A DNA stretch of 64,000 nt from a virus (lineage: Duplodnaviria > Caudoviricetes): positions 1 to 64,000 of IMG/VR virus record IMGVR_UViG_3300025398_000635. One strand, given 5' to 3'. The notes under the pieces were generated by a model, which saw nothing but the letters and a program-made list of their open reading frames with translations, made no database searches and was not told the origin of the DNA. Position 1 is the first letter of the stretch. Each line of letters starts with the position of its first letter. Shown here one piece after another: positions 19,855 to 29,873 of this stretch. Position numbers and translations under genes: made by a program.

Positions 19855-20555
19855 TTTAATATAAATCTAAGATCGATATGCGTTTTTAAAAAATCTGCCA
19901 CAAGCTCGTGTCCATTTTCCAGGGGATGATCACCAGGACCCCAATCTATATTAGGGAAGTTCATTACATAATGCCTTAATGCCATAGTGACCATGTAATA
20001 AGTTAAATCCATTTGTGATACAAATAGGTCTTTTATATCTTGGCGCAACAACACCGTCTTTGTGTCAAACGTGTTAAGCATTAAGTAAGGAATATTATTT
20101 TTCTTTAGAAATGATTCTAATAATACTACTTGAGTTAAAAAATTTATAACATCAGTTTCATCGGAAGAATATCGTGTCCAAATTTTTTCAGCAAGTTTTT
20201 GATCATCCCCACGAGTCGATGCTGAAAAGTTAGTCCAGTTATTTTTTTCTTGACTAAACAATTCAAAACGATGTATCAATGTCCATGTAATAATAACAAG
20301 AGGTTTACGCCCTTCCAGTAATAATCTACTAATATCTTCAACAGTAGTTCTAACTATTCTTTGATTACTACCACCTGGTGAAGCAGAATTTAACAACGGT
20401 AAATTATAATGCTTTGATAACAAGCCTGGAAAGGAATATGCTAATCTATGTGCTTCGCTTTCATCACCTAGCTCTGATCCCCAAGCCCAACTATCGCCAT
20501 TACAATATAAAATGTCGGGTGTAATTTCTTGAGGTGAAATGGTTATATGCTTCAT
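19851..20555 (-). CDS. SGNH/GDSL hydrolase-like protein
   Basis: NGDSW, PGGSN, DHP..GH. Confidence 0.7.
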   Translation of the reverse strand: MKHITISPQEITPDILYCNGDSWAWGSELGDESEAHRLAYSFPGLLSKHYNLPLLNSASPGGSNQRIVRTTVEDISRLLLEGRKPLVIITWTLIHRFELFSQEKNNWTNFSASTRGDDQKLAEKIWTRYSSDETDVINFLTQVVLLESFLKKNNIPYLMLNTFDTKTVLLRQDIKDLFVSQMDLTYYMVTMALRHYVMNFPNIDWGPGDHPLENGHELVADFLKTHIDLRFILK

Positions 20556-22165
20556 TTACGATCCTTTAAAAATTTAAGTAATGGATTAAAATAATCACGC
20601 ATAACTTGCTTGTATATTAACAGCATATTTCCACTGACTTTCGGTACGTTTTCATACTCTTCCCATGATAGTGAATCGAGCTCTTCCCAGGACCAATCTC
20701 CGTGATCAAATGCAGTATGTTTAAATACCCACTTACCTTTGCGTTTGATTGTACTTAGCCTAGCTTCCCAGTAGTCTGATACCGCTTTGGCTTCATCGTA
20801 GTTGGTAATATCAGTACCGTCATTCTTTTCCCAATACCAGGGGCGATTTATTGGGTCAGGCCAACTATAACCCCACTTTTCAGCTTCACGTTCAAATTGA
20901 CTAGTGACCTTATATCTATCTAAGGGATCCGGGGCATACTGCCGTAGTGGAACAAGACCGATAGCATCGATAGGAGCATCTTCACGCATAAACCATTCGA
21001 CAGATTCTGCAACGCTGGCACTATCTTCCCCCGGTAAACCTGTGATAAATTGGCTACTGATTAACACATCTCCGCCCCATACTGCTTTACAATCTATCAG
21101 AGCTTGTTTAAGTTTATCCGGACTTGCTCCTTTTTTAATTGCGCGACCTGCTGTTTTATTAAACGTTTCGATGCCTACTACAATATCTTTAAATCCACAG
21201 TCTTTAATAAGTTGCATTTGTTCGGGGTGACTCGCTATTAGATCTAATCTAAAAAATCCCCAGAACGCAGGCTTAAATGGTAAACTTTTAACAATAGCTA
21301 AAAATGTTTCTAGTTTTTCTGTGCTGTCATTAAACGTGTCGTCGGTCACGTAGTATTTCCATACACCCCAACGTTCCCAATTCTCTATAAGTTCTTCACG
21401 AATAAGTTCCGGGGTCTTTGTGTAATCAGCTACATTCTTTTGTCCTATTAACGGCCAAGTACAAAAACTGCAACTAAAACGGCACCCCCTGCCAACTTCT
21501 AATCCTAATCCTTCGTACGACTGTATAAAATCTTCTTCCTGATAGCGTGTAGTGCTGTAGACATAGTTGAATTGTTCTTTGTTACCCTGAGCTTTAGTAT
21601 CGTAGTCCACAATAGTATTAAAGATGCGTTTGGGTCCTTGCCCACTAATGCTTAATACATAGTCAACAAACATAGTTTCGGCCATACCTACAAAGTAATT
21701 ATCAACTAACGGTGTACCAAAGTATTCCCAAGTCTTACTGCCGCCCATGACAATTTTGGTCTTAGGATTTAGATCTTTAATATACTGTAACCAAGGAAGA
21801 CTGTTACCGTTGGCAAACTGTAGTGGTAAACCTTTTGCATACCATTCTTCATCTTCTAATTTTAAAAAATCCTGTGAGCTAGTCCTGGCATAACTGGCCT
21901 GTAATAATCTTGCTTTCTTTTGTCCTTCTACATCCTGCATACGGTAAGGGAAGATACTAGTGCTAAATCCTACAAACAGTGTCTCTGGACCTATAGCTAA
22001 ATTCAATAACTCTTTGTACAAGTCAATGTCGATTGCAAAAGCCCAATCTAGTACAAGTATTTTAAATCCATAGCGGCGCAGTTCGTTAGCAAGACGATGT
22101 ACGCCATAGCCGCGACCGAGCCAATTTTGACTAGTACATTCTGTAATAAAAATTCCGTGGTACAT
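20552..22165 (-). CDS. Cobalamin-binding (class B) radical SAM protein
   Basis: N-terminal B12-like Rossmann region (KIVMGG); GRGCRFSCSFC; DDTF; GIET; FITGLPGE. Confidence 0.8.
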   Translation of the reverse strand: MYHGIFITECTSQNWLGRGYGVHRLANELRRYGFKILVLDWAFAIDIDLYKELLNLAIGPETLFVGFSTSIFPYRMQDVEGQKKARLLQASYARTSSQDFLKLEDEEWYAKGLPLQFANGNSLPWLQYIKDLNPKTKIVMGGSKTWEYFGTPLVDNYFVGMAETMFVDYVLSISGQGPKRIFNTIVDYDTKAQGNKEQFNYVYSTTRYQEEDFIQSYEGLGLEVGRGCRFSCSFCTWPLIGQKNVADYTKTPELIREELIENWERWGVWKYYVTDDTFNDSTEKLETFLAIVKSLPFKPAFWGFFRLDLIASHPEQMQLIKDCGFKDIVVGIETFNKTAGRAIKKGASPDKLKQALIDCKAVWGGDVLISSQFITGLPGEDSASVAESVEWFMREDAPIDAIGLVPLRQYAPDPLDRYKVTSQFEREAEKWGYSWPDPINRPWYWEKNDGTDITNYDEAKAVSDYWEARLSTIKRKGKWVFKHTAFDHGDWSWEELDSLSWEEYENVPKVSGNMLLIYKQVMRDYFNPLLKFLKDRK

Positions 22166-22968
22166 TAGTATGAATCCAAATGATCAATGCCCAGTTTTTT
22201 ACGGAACTCATCTGTAAACTTGCCATCAATACGTAGACTATAGCTCTGTTCCATTATACGTTCACCACCGTGCCAGTCCTGATCGTTCCACCAGGCAACT
22301 CGTGTATTTAGATATACCTTATTCTTAGTTTCCGGATCCCAGATATAAAATGCTTTTTTAGTGTTAGGACGTATGTGTATAAATTCATTACGGTGTAAAA
22401 ATGTTTGATTCATACCATTCTTAGCATCTAAGTCTCTATGCTCAAACGGAATACCATCTGCTTCGCAATGGAAGAATATAACACGACCGATATCTTCAAA
22501 CACTGTACCTACCAAACTTTCTATCCACTTAACTGTGTTGGGAAAATATTCTGCTTCAGGAGTTAGTTTGCGTGGTGCAGTACGATCATCCCACGATCCT
22601 TCTTCCCACAAATAGTAATATATGTAAGGGTCATATGCACCCATAGCCATTTTTAAAAATCTTGTAAACTTATTTCGCTGTTGGAAGTTTTTAAAATCTA
22701 ATGGCATTAGTTTCATACCTGCTTCTTTAATAGGATCCCCGTCGGGCAATGCTGCAAATTCTTCAGCTGCCTTGTAGATAGGTTTCCAGTGAGGCTGATA
22801 ACTCATATCTTCAAATGTAAAACCAGGAGCCATCCAAGTTCCTTCTTTGGCTTGATCACGTGCTAGAGCAAACCCGGTAAGTATTTCTGATTGTAGTTGA
22901 TCAAACTCTGCCATATCTACATATTGAGCCAGATCATAGTATGGTTGCTTGTTTATACCTATAATCAT
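22165..22968 (-). CDS. Cupin/2OG oxygenase-like hypothetical protein
   Basis: FEHRD, WHGG, LRIDG. Confidence 0.55.
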   Translation of the reverse strand: MIIGINKQPYYDLAQYVDMAEFDQLQSEILTGFALARDQAKEGTWMAPGFTFEDMSYQPHWKPIYKAAEEFAALPDGDPIKEAGMKLMPLDFKNFQQRNKFTRFLKMAMGAYDPYIYYYLWEEGSWDDRTAPRKLTPEAEYFPNTVKWIESLVGTVFEDIGRVIFFHCEADGIPFEHRDLDAKNGMNQTFLHRNEFIHIRPNTKKAFYIWDPETKNKVYLNTRVAWWNDQDWHGGERIMEQSYSLRIDGKFTDEFRKKLGIDHLDSY

Positions 22969-23567
22969 ATTTCACCCGTTATTGCTAGCAGATCTTCTAT
23001 TCGATCTTTAGGTATCCTTGCAATTAGATTAACTCTATCCTTATTAGAATTATTAACCGTATCGTGAGGTAGTTCTACATCTAATCCCCAAGCACTACCA
23101 TCGGGTGTAAATGTATAAGGAGTATTATTTAAAATAAACAAAGCATCTGATTCCCACTGTATGGGAATAATAATTACATATTGTCCCGGATCATTATGAT
23201 TAACAACCTGCCCAGTGGGTGGCAATACAAACAAAGTCCAACGGAACGCGAATGGTATACGGTCTTTTAATCTCTTTACAACTCCGAACATTAGTTCAGT
23301 ATCATACCAATCTACTGTAGGATGTTTAGTCTTTAACATTGATGGCGGCATAGACTTATCTGCCATATTGCTTTGCATCATCCATCCGTGCATTAAGGTT
23401 TGTGATTTTTCGGCACATTCACTAGCAGCCACATTATCTAAATGGATGCTGTTATTTTCCCAAGTCCAATTTAAATGACTATATTGAGTTTTAACTTTGT
23501 TGTAATAGTCTACTAGTTCTGTTGGATCTACAGTAAAATTTAATTTGGTGACTTCAGAAATATTCAT
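22965..23567 (-). CDS. AspH-like 2OG-Fe(II) oxygenase
   Basis: NHND, PHDTVN, DRVNLI. Confidence 0.65.
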   Translation of the reverse strand: MNISEVTKLNFTVDPTELVDYYNKVKTQYSHLNWTWENNSIHLDNVAASECAEKSQTLMHGWMMQSNMADKSMPPSMLKTKHPTVDWYDTELMFGVVKRLKDRIPFAFRWTLFVLPPTGQVVNHNDPGQYVIIIPIQWESDALFILNNTPYTFTPDGSAWGLDVELPHDTVNNSNKDRVNLIARIPKDRIEDLLAITGEI

Positions 23568-23575
23568 AGTAGAAC

Positions 23576-23583
23576 TATTTATA
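23576..23583 (-). promoter_or_regulatory. T4-type late promoter
   Basis: Perfect TATAAATA 8 nt upstream of ATG 23567. Confidence 0.7.
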
Positions 23584-23596
23584 GCTAAGTATTTTC

Positions 23597-24292
23597 ATGA
23601 TAAGCGGATACGAATACTACTATAATAATGTGCCAGGAGATGGCCTTTGCAGAAACAATCTCATTTATACCAGCCTCATTAGCCAGGATAAAAAAACATT
23701 TGTACAATGGTATCACAACGATACGGAGTATCATAAAGGACAAAATCAAGTAGTAGATCCAAAATTAATGACAGCCAAATGGGAAAGAGAAATGCATTTT
23801 CTCCACAATATGGCATATCATTATCCAGACATGGTTCCTGAAATATTAGAAGTAAACGTCCCCGAACGAAAAATATATCTTAAAATCGATGGGGTCGATT
23901 TTTGGCAACGGAGCTTAGACGGAGCTTGCAATTTTGATCAAATACTTCCAGACTGGCGTGAACAGATGTTAGATATGTTTCGTGCATACAAAGCACATGG
24001 TTGGTACAAGTATAGTTTACACCCTAGTAGCTATTTTATCGTAGATGGCCGTCTTAAAAGTATAAACTATTTCTTTACATATTCTAATAATGAAAAACCA
24101 ATCACAGTCGCTGATCACCTGAGTCATATTAGTGAAGAGCGTCAAGTGGCAATGAAGACTATAACAGATTATATGGGCATCGATTGGGATGAACCGCAAT
24201 CGTTGTTTACTATGCAGATGCTGGCATTTGAAAGTTTTAGAAATAACTATCCAGATGACTTTATAGATCAGGCTAAAGATGTCTGGCTTTAA
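23597..24292 (+). CDS. Kinase-fold-like hypothetical protein (paralog of 16955)
   Basis: NLIYT.L.S, WEREMHFL, KYSLHPSSYFI shared with 16955. Confidence 0.4.
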   Translation: MISGYEYYYNNVPGDGLCRNNLIYTSLISQDKKTFVQWYHNDTEYHKGQNQVVDPKLMTAKWEREMHFLHNMAYHYPDMVPEILEVNVPERKIYLKIDGVDFWQRSLDGACNFDQILPDWREQMLDMFRAYKAHGWYKYSLHPSSYFIVDGRLKSINYFFTYSNNEKPITVADHLSHISEERQVAMKTITDYMGIDWDEPQSLFTMQMLAFESFRNNYPDDFIDQAKDVWL

Positions 24293-24845
24293 AATAGTAC
24301 CCTGGTCGGAAGATCTAGACCTCACAGAGTTCTATGCTGATGCAGCTCGTAGAGGATTCGATAATAATTCAAGTCGTCAATCTCTAGTAGATTGTTTTCG
24401 TAACGAAAAATCGAAACAAGTATGGATACTTTATTATAATGATCGTGCAGTAGGTAGTGTTGCTGCCCATAGCTTTCCAGAAATGGGTGAAGATGCATTT
24501 AGGATTGCTGCTCGTACCTGTGTGTTTACAGATCAACTACCTGGGGCATATGGTTCGGCTTTACGTACAATAAGTGTTATTACAGAACATCAAAATCCCA
24601 CAGCACAATTTTTAATACCTGCTTGTATAGAATGGTGTCCACCTTGGGCTGATCTGTACATAACATCAAACGAAAGCCCTGTTGGCACACAGCGACTAGT
24701 ACATAATATATTTGGCCCCGCAATGGAACGACAGGGTGTTATGAAAAGAATCAAAGAGCTAGACTATAGAGGAACTAGGCAAACTGCCTGGCAATTTTTT
24801 CCTAATACCTTTTACGAACAATTAAGCATCTATCGACGCTGGTAA
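24279..24845 (+). CDS. GNAT-like acetyltransferase
   Basis: WILYYNDRAVGSVAAH, RIAARTCV; GNAT-like strand pattern. Confidence 0.45.
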   Translation: MSGFKIVPWSEDLDLTEFYADAARRGFDNNSSRQSLVDCFRNEKSKQVWILYYNDRAVGSVAAHSFPEMGEDAFRIAARTCVFTDQLPGAYGSALRTISVITEHQNPTAQFLIPACIEWCPPWADLYITSNESPVGTQRLVHNIFGPAMERQGVMKRIKELDYRGTRQTAWQFFPNTFYEQLSIYRRW

Positions 24846-25901
24846 TTTAAAATCTTTAATGTCTGCTAGATTTACATAGTAGGCCATTTCTTTATTATAA
24901 TCACTAATAAACGGTTCTTTCAAATACGGCTGCCATGGACCTGTTTGTAAATTACTATAGTCATGTTGTATGCGATAGCATAACCTATCCTTAATATCAC
25001 CTAGTCTACGATGTAGTGTAATACTATTGTCAAATAGACAAAAATCGTTATTGCTTTGATACCAATGATCGTAGATATATTTGTCTACAAATAGTTCTTT
25101 GTTTATTTCTGCAAATACACTATCACTTTCTTCTTTAGTCATACCTTTAATACTGTGAACTGTGTTTAATGAATAATGTAATCCTATGATACCCCCGGGA
25201 CTACGCATTACCATAGGAATCTCTGTGTCATCTTCCGGACACATGTTGGCATGCATAACTTCATCTTGATCTTGACGTAGACCCGGATTGATACGTCCGG
25301 GTGTAAATCTATGTACTAGTATCATTTCATCTAATTCACTACGGAACGCATTGCTGACATTTTCATAATAGTCAGGTGTAGTAAGAAATCCTGTACTAGA
25401 TCCTATCATGTTTTCAGCACCTAATAATGCCACTCCGGGTGTGAATGTTAATGTACCACTTTCATTGCTATGCCAAAGTAATTCACCTTCAGCAAACATA
25501 CCCAGTGGGTTACCGTCTGAATCCCGCTTGCCGGTTACACGCATAACATGTCTGCCATCTGGCATAAGTTCTTGCATACGACTAATACTTTGTAGTCGCT
25601 GTTTATCTATGTCATCTATGCTAGGATCATCCTGCAGAGCGGCACCGACGATTTCCTTCCAAGTCCTGCCTTGATATTTTTTAAGTAATAGATATCGAAC
25701 ACCGTATCGTGTATCACCAAATTGCTTGCAGAAATCTATCTCTCGATCCCAAGTTAGATTACAATCACGAATGATAGTAACTAGATTTTCTAAATGTAGA
25801 CGGCCAATTTCCAGCCATTCTTCATTGGTAATCGTAGTAAAGTCTACCTCATCGACAAAAACGCCGAATCTGCCTAATCCGGGTATCTTTGATACTTTCA
25901 T
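24822..25901 (-). CDS. TauD/TfdA-family dioxygenase
   Basis: LLWHSNE, GSSTGF, FDNSITLHRR. Confidence 0.8.
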   Translation of the reverse strand: MKVSKIPGLGRFGVFVDEVDFTTITNEEWLEIGRLHLENLVTIIRDCNLTWDREIDFCKQFGDTRYGVRYLLLKKYQGRTWKEIVGAALQDDPSIDDIDKQRLQSISRMQELMPDGRHVMRVTGKRDSDGNPLGMFAEGELLWHSNESGTLTFTPGVALLGAENMIGSSTGFLTTPDYYENVSNAFRSELDEMILVHRFTPGRINPGLRQDQDEVMHANMCPEDDTEIPMVMRSPGGIIGLHYSLNTVHSIKGMTKEESDSVFAEINKELFVDKYIYDHWYQSNNDFCLFDNSITLHRRLGDIKDRLCYRIQHDYSNLQTGPWQPYLKEPFISDYNKEMAYYVNLADIKDFKLPASIDA

Positions 25902-25963
25902 AAAAAAATCCTTAAATGTTTTTAGTATTTAAGGATTTTTCTAATGCTAGTTAGTGTTATTGA

Positions 25964-27007
25964 TTAAGGTCCAGTAAATGCCACCCAAGCAGTACCGTTA
26001 TACCCGTAGAAATGATTTAATTGTTGATCAAATATAATCATTCCCTTTGAAGGATTAGACGGATAAGATGAAGTATTGTATAAACCTGTTTGTATTACTG
26101 GAGCAGTTAATACACCAGTACTGCTGAATAATAATTGATTACGACCGCCACCTGTTTTAGTTGTAATTACAACAAACGATCCAGGCACTGCACCAGTTGC
26201 TACTGTGCCGTTCGAATCTACTTCTGCTCCAAATGCTACAGCTTGACTATAATTTGATCCATCGTGTCCATATACAATAATACCACTCATTGTATCACCA
26301 GCGTGGACAGCTGAAGGAGAAGCAGGTGTTCCCCTTGACATATTTAAACTAATCCATGAGTCAACTGGATAAACTTCTCCGTAGAAGTTTGCAAGAGGTT
26401 GACCGTTAGTAGTTTGGGATGAGCTTAATATTCCAGTAATACTGATATTACCGGTACCGGTGATATTATGACTGTTAAGTGATAAATTGCCGCCTAAACC
26501 TGTTGATGCATTAATAGTTCCTGCAATATTAATATTACCTGTACCTGTGCTGGTAATATTATAGTTACCCATATTTAAACTGCCACCAAGACTTGGGTTA
26601 GTATCTGCACTAACACTTAAAATTCCTTCGCCTGTAAAATCAACTGTTGCGCTAATTGAGTGACTACTTTGATTATAAACGAAACTAATATGTGAATGTG
26701 TACCGTTAGCGAATAATGCGGCTGCATCGCCTTGCGCTCTTGCTGTAGTATAAAATAAATTAGTCGATCCCTCAGTAAGTGAATCGCTACTTAGTGTAAC
26801 ACCATTTGCAGTAAAATCTATCTTCTTTGTAGATTGATTATATGTCAATCCGACACCTGCCATAGACGCCATAGCGTTAATACCGCCGGCATGTATGCCG
26901 TCTCCAACCCATAACTGATTGCTATCTGTAGTCCAGATTAGTTCACCTGGATCAAAGGTTTTTGAAAGTCTATCAGTTTCGTTTCCGCGTCTAATTTGTA
27001 GCGACAT
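25964..27007 (-). CDS. Virion fibre-like protein (Mtd N-terminal-like domain)
   Basis: LQIRRG..GELIWTTD..LWVGDG; G/N/T/S-rich body; GMIIFD..FYGYNGTAW C-terminus; late ATAAATA at 27054-27060. Confidence 0.65.
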   Translation of the reverse strand: MSLQIRRGNETDRLSKTFDPGELIWTTDSNQLWVGDGIHAGGINAMASMAGVGLTYNQSTKKIDFTANGVTLSSDSLTEGSTNLFYTTARAQGDAAALFANGTHSHISFVYNQSSHSISATVDFTGEGILSVSADTNPSLGGSLNMGNYNITSTGTGNINIAGTINASTGLGGNLSLNSHNITGTGNISITGILSSSQTTNGQPLANFYGEVYPVDSWISLNMSRGTPASPSAVHAGDTMSGIIVYGHDGSNYSQAVAFGAEVDSNGTVATGAVPGSFVVITTKTGGGRNQLLFSSTGVLTAPVIQTGLYNTSSYPSNPSKGMIIFDQQLNHFYGYNGTAWVAFTGP

Positions 27008-27083
27008 GTGCTATCTCCGTTATTCTCTAATCAGTCAAATGATTATTATAGTGTATTTATTAAACTGACAACTTTGTTAAGTC

Positions 27084-27110
27084 AAAAAAATAGGGCCCTA
27101 AGGCCCTATT
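27084..27110 (-). terminator. Rho-independent terminator
   Basis: AATAGGGCC-TTAG-GGCCCTATT followed by a T run. Confidence 0.8.
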
Positions 27111-27124
27111 AAACTGCTACTATA

Positions 27125-27730
27125 TTACATAGTAGGTCCGTTTCCGTTGCGAAACCCAATACTTCCACCCTCTGCTTCAATATTACGGATAACATCTTCA
27201 AACAAAATAGGTGCAAAATCGGGAGTTTGTTCTACGCAAACGCAATGGTAACGAACATCGTTTTCATCGCTGTATAAAACTTCACCAGTTCTAGCATCAA
27301 CTCCCCGGGCTTTTTTAACACGATTTGCGTGTAAATGTCCGTGAATGTTAACACCAAAACGTCCAAGACTTTCTGCGTGAACAGGAATATGGCTAAGGAT
27401 CATACCGTTCATAACGTGATAAGCCCTAAGCTCTCTAAAGTACTGACGGTATTCGTCATCTCTAAAGATATCGTGATTACCACGAATTAGTACTTTATCA
27501 CCGTTAAGTCTGGATAAGATTTTTAACGATCGACGATTGATGACAACATCACCTAAATGGTAGACTTTGTCAGCGGGCTTTACCCGTTCGTTCCACGCCT
27601 TAACCATTGCTTCGTCCATTTCCTCCGCAGAATCCCATGGACGGAGTTTTGTAACACCATCGCTACGAGTAAAGCGGCAAACACCAGCGTGACCAAAGTG
27701 CGTGTCGCTAACTAAAAATACACTAGGCAT
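27125..27730 (-). CDS. Calcineurin-like phosphoesterase
   Basis: SDTHFGH, HLGD, GNHD, SHIP, HGHLH. Confidence 0.85.
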   Translation of the reverse strand: MPSVFLVSDTHFGHAGVCRFTRSDGVTKLRPWDSAEEMDEAMVKAWNERVKPADKVYHLGDVVINRRSLKILSRLNGDKVLIRGNHDIFRDDEYRQYFRELRAYHVMNGMILSHIPVHAESLGRFGVNIHGHLHANRVKKARGVDARTGEVLYSDENDVRYHCVCVEQTPDFAPILFEDVIRNIEAEGGSIGFRNGNGPTM

Positions 27731-27901
27731 AAGCCCTCCTTTATTAGTGGACGGGCTGTTTTATCTCACATTCAACAACCCAGTTTTCAAAACGGGTAGC
27801 ACCCGTTACATCTACCCCTAGCCCAACTGCTTCATTTACAAAATGCTGTAGTAGTGAATTATACAGCTCGTCGGGCATAGTATCTTTATCAAATATAATT
27901 T

Positions 27902-28210
27902 TCATGCTGTTAGCCAATCCATTTCTTGTTCTAGTTCAATTGATTCGTTACCATCGTATTCATGAATACGAAACTTAGTACCAACAGGTATCCAGCTTAC
28001 TGCTAGGTCGTCAAAGCCTGAAACATATACATCTGGGTAGCGCATTGCCACGTAAGTATGGAACTCATCTTTTTTGTTATTCAAGATCATTTCAACTAGC
28101 ATAGGATCAAACACTAACTCAGGAGTTTTTAAATTCCAAGTGTACCAACCAGCACCGAAACCTGGGGAAAATATCACTGCTACTTTGTCGTCTTTGATTA
28201 GTTTTTCCAT
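27902..28210 (-). CDS. Conserved phage hypothetical protein
   Basis: SPGFGAGWYTW, FRIHEYDGNE; AAGGAG RBS. Confidence 0.6.
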   Translation of the reverse strand: MEKLIKDDKVAVIFSPGFGAGWYTWNLKTPELVFDPMLVEMILNNKKDEFHTYVAMRYPDVYVSGFDDLAVSWIPVGTKFRIHEYDGNESIELEQEMDWLTA

Positions 28211-28234
28211 ATCGCTCTCCTTACTCAATAATAT

Positions 28235-28263
28235 ATTATACTACCAAAAGAGCAATTTGTCAA
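28235..28263 (-). promoter_or_regulatory. Sigma70 consensus promoter
   Basis: TTGACA-17-TATAAT. Confidence 0.85.
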
Positions 28264-28276
28264 CCGAGCGTAAAAT

Positions 28277-28354
28277 TGGAGGTGCGGGTGAGATTCGAAC
28301 TCACGGTTTTAGGGATTTGCAGTCCCTTGCATTGGGCCTCTCTGCCACCACACC
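28277..28354 (-). tRNA. tRNA-Cys(GCA)
   Basis: Cloverleaf; loop CTGCAAA; encoded CCA. Confidence 0.9.
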
Positions 28355-28944
28355 TTAGGTTTTTTTAATTTTGAATTTATGTTTATTACTATTCTTCTTG
28401 ATGTTGTGTTCGGAGTTGAACTTGAATGATACTGTAGCCCATCAAACCAAACAAAGGTATTTTCCTTTGGAGTAACAGTTTCTTCAACATTGTATACACG
28501 ATCTGATTCGGACTCGTACCAATTGGTAGGTAAAAAATCAATACCATGCCTAAAACGTTCTTTATAAAAGATTGTATCCCCATCTGAATCATTTAGATAA
28601 ATCAATCCAGTCATGTGTGGAACATCCATATCAATGTGGGCTCCATGGACAAATGGGACATCTAATGCAGTAATCATTCCTAATCTAATACGATAAATCA
28701 ATGACAATGTTTGTCCGGTATTATCTAATGCAGATCTCACTGCTAGGTCCACTAGGTCATATAATTCAGATGAAGGGCGACCATCTCCGTATATGTGATG
28801 TACATAACTAAAATTTAAATGTGCATTGTCGGCTGAAGAAGGATAGGCAGTATTAGGAGTAAAGAACCAAGGTATTGAACCAAATACTTCCTGTTTTAAT
28901 CTTTGAAAAATTAATGGTGAAATAGCATCGTGTTTGATATTCAT
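28309..28944 (-). CDS. 2OG-Fe(II) oxygenase; stop codon lies inside tRNA-Cys
   Basis: HID, LIYLNDSDGDT, YHSSSTP, RRIVININ. Confidence 0.7.
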   Translation of the reverse strand: MNIKHDAISPLIFQRLKQEVFGSIPWFFTPNTAYPSSADNAHLNFSYVHHIYGDGRPSSELYDLVDLAVRSALDNTGQTLSLIYRIRLGMITALDVPFVHGAHIDMDVPHMTGLIYLNDSDGDTIFYKERFRHGIDFLPTNWYESESDRVYNVEETVTPKENTFVWFDGLQYHSSSTPNTTSRRIVININSKLKKPKVWWQRGPMQGTANP

Positions 28945-28947
28945 GCA

Positions 28948-29526
28948 TTATCCTAATACGCTGTTAAATGCTATACTGATACGATCATGTCCGCTACGAT
29001 TTGGTTGTGTATAGTGTAACAGCCAACTAGGAAATATAACTAATTTTCCAGCAGTCGGATGTTCACTCCATTCTGCACTATTATAAAAATTATAGTTTTC
29101 AACAACACCATTTGGAATGGTATATACATGTTCAGCTACAGGATTATGCCATTCTAATTGGCCTGCTCCGGGTTCGGCTTTGACATAGAACACTCCTGAG
29201 AAAAAGCAACCAGGATGCTTGTGTGGTTTATTGTAGTGTCCTTCTTGATTGATATTAACCCAAGAGTCCTGGATCACCTGCTTGCAGTTATTTTTAAAGC
29301 CTAACTGCTGATGGAGTCCGTTAACCACTTGATCGATTTGATCGAACAATGGGCTGATAGCCGAGTCATTAGTGTCTAGATAGTGGCTATGATAGCCGCC
29401 TTCGTTACTGACGAACACTCCGGAATCTTGTTGTTGTACGTTATAGCAGTAGTCTTCAATAGACTTAAGATCAACTGTTAAAAAATCAATAAAGATAAAA
29501 CTGCTAAAGATACTTTGTATTTGCAT
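28948..29526 (-). CDS. 2OG-Fe(II) oxygenase (TIGR02466-like)
   Basis: PHKH, SGVFY, FPSWLLH, RISIAFN; start MQIQS. Confidence 0.8.
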   Translation of the reverse strand: MQIQSIFSSFIFIDFLTVDLKSIEDYCYNVQQQDSGVFVSNEGGYHSHYLDTNDSAISPLFDQIDQVVNGLHQQLGFKNNCKQVIQDSWVNINQEGHYNKPHKHPGCFFSGVFYVKAEPGAGQLEWHNPVAEHVYTIPNGVVENYNFYNSAEWSEHPTAGKLVIFPSWLLHYTQPNRSGHDRISIAFNSVLG

Positions 29527-29535
29527 AAAGGTTCC

Positions 29536-29611
29536 TGGTAGGACGTGACGGGTTCGAACCGCCGACATTCACGGTGTAAACGTGACGCTCTACCAACTGA
29601 GCTAACGTCCT
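29536..29611 (-). tRNA. tRNA-Val(TAC)
   Basis: Loop TTTACAC; CCA. Confidence 0.92.
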
Positions 29612-29617
29612 AGATTC

Positions 29618-29851
29618 TTATTTTACTTTTTTAAAGTACTCTTGACCTTCGATCTGGCCATTTTGTAATTCTAGTAGTGCTGTGACAATAGTATGTGTAT
29701 ATTCATACTGAGTACTGGTCTTGTGATGACGACGTAGTTCTCGAGCGCGAGCACTAGCAGCCAAAATCATATCGTACATACCAGTGCCCATAAGACGTAC
29801 ACACTTTTCACGATCAATTTCTGGGCCACGACTTGGAATTAGCTTTTTCAT
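29618..29851 (-). CDS. rpoZ: RNA polymerase omega subunit-like protein
   Basis: YDMILAASARAREL and TIVTALLELQNG match RpoZ conserved regions. Confidence 0.65.
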   Translation of the reverse strand: MKKLIPSRGPEIDREKCVRLMGTGMYDMILAASARARELRRHHKTSTQYEYTHTIVTALLELQNGQIEGQEYFKKVK

Positions 29852-29873
29852 ATAGATCCTTAGTTAAAACATT

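Noticed and set aside
25964-27007. Diversity-generating retroelement target (Mtd-like N-terminus)
   Set aside because: No reverse transcriptase and no template/variable repeat pair seen
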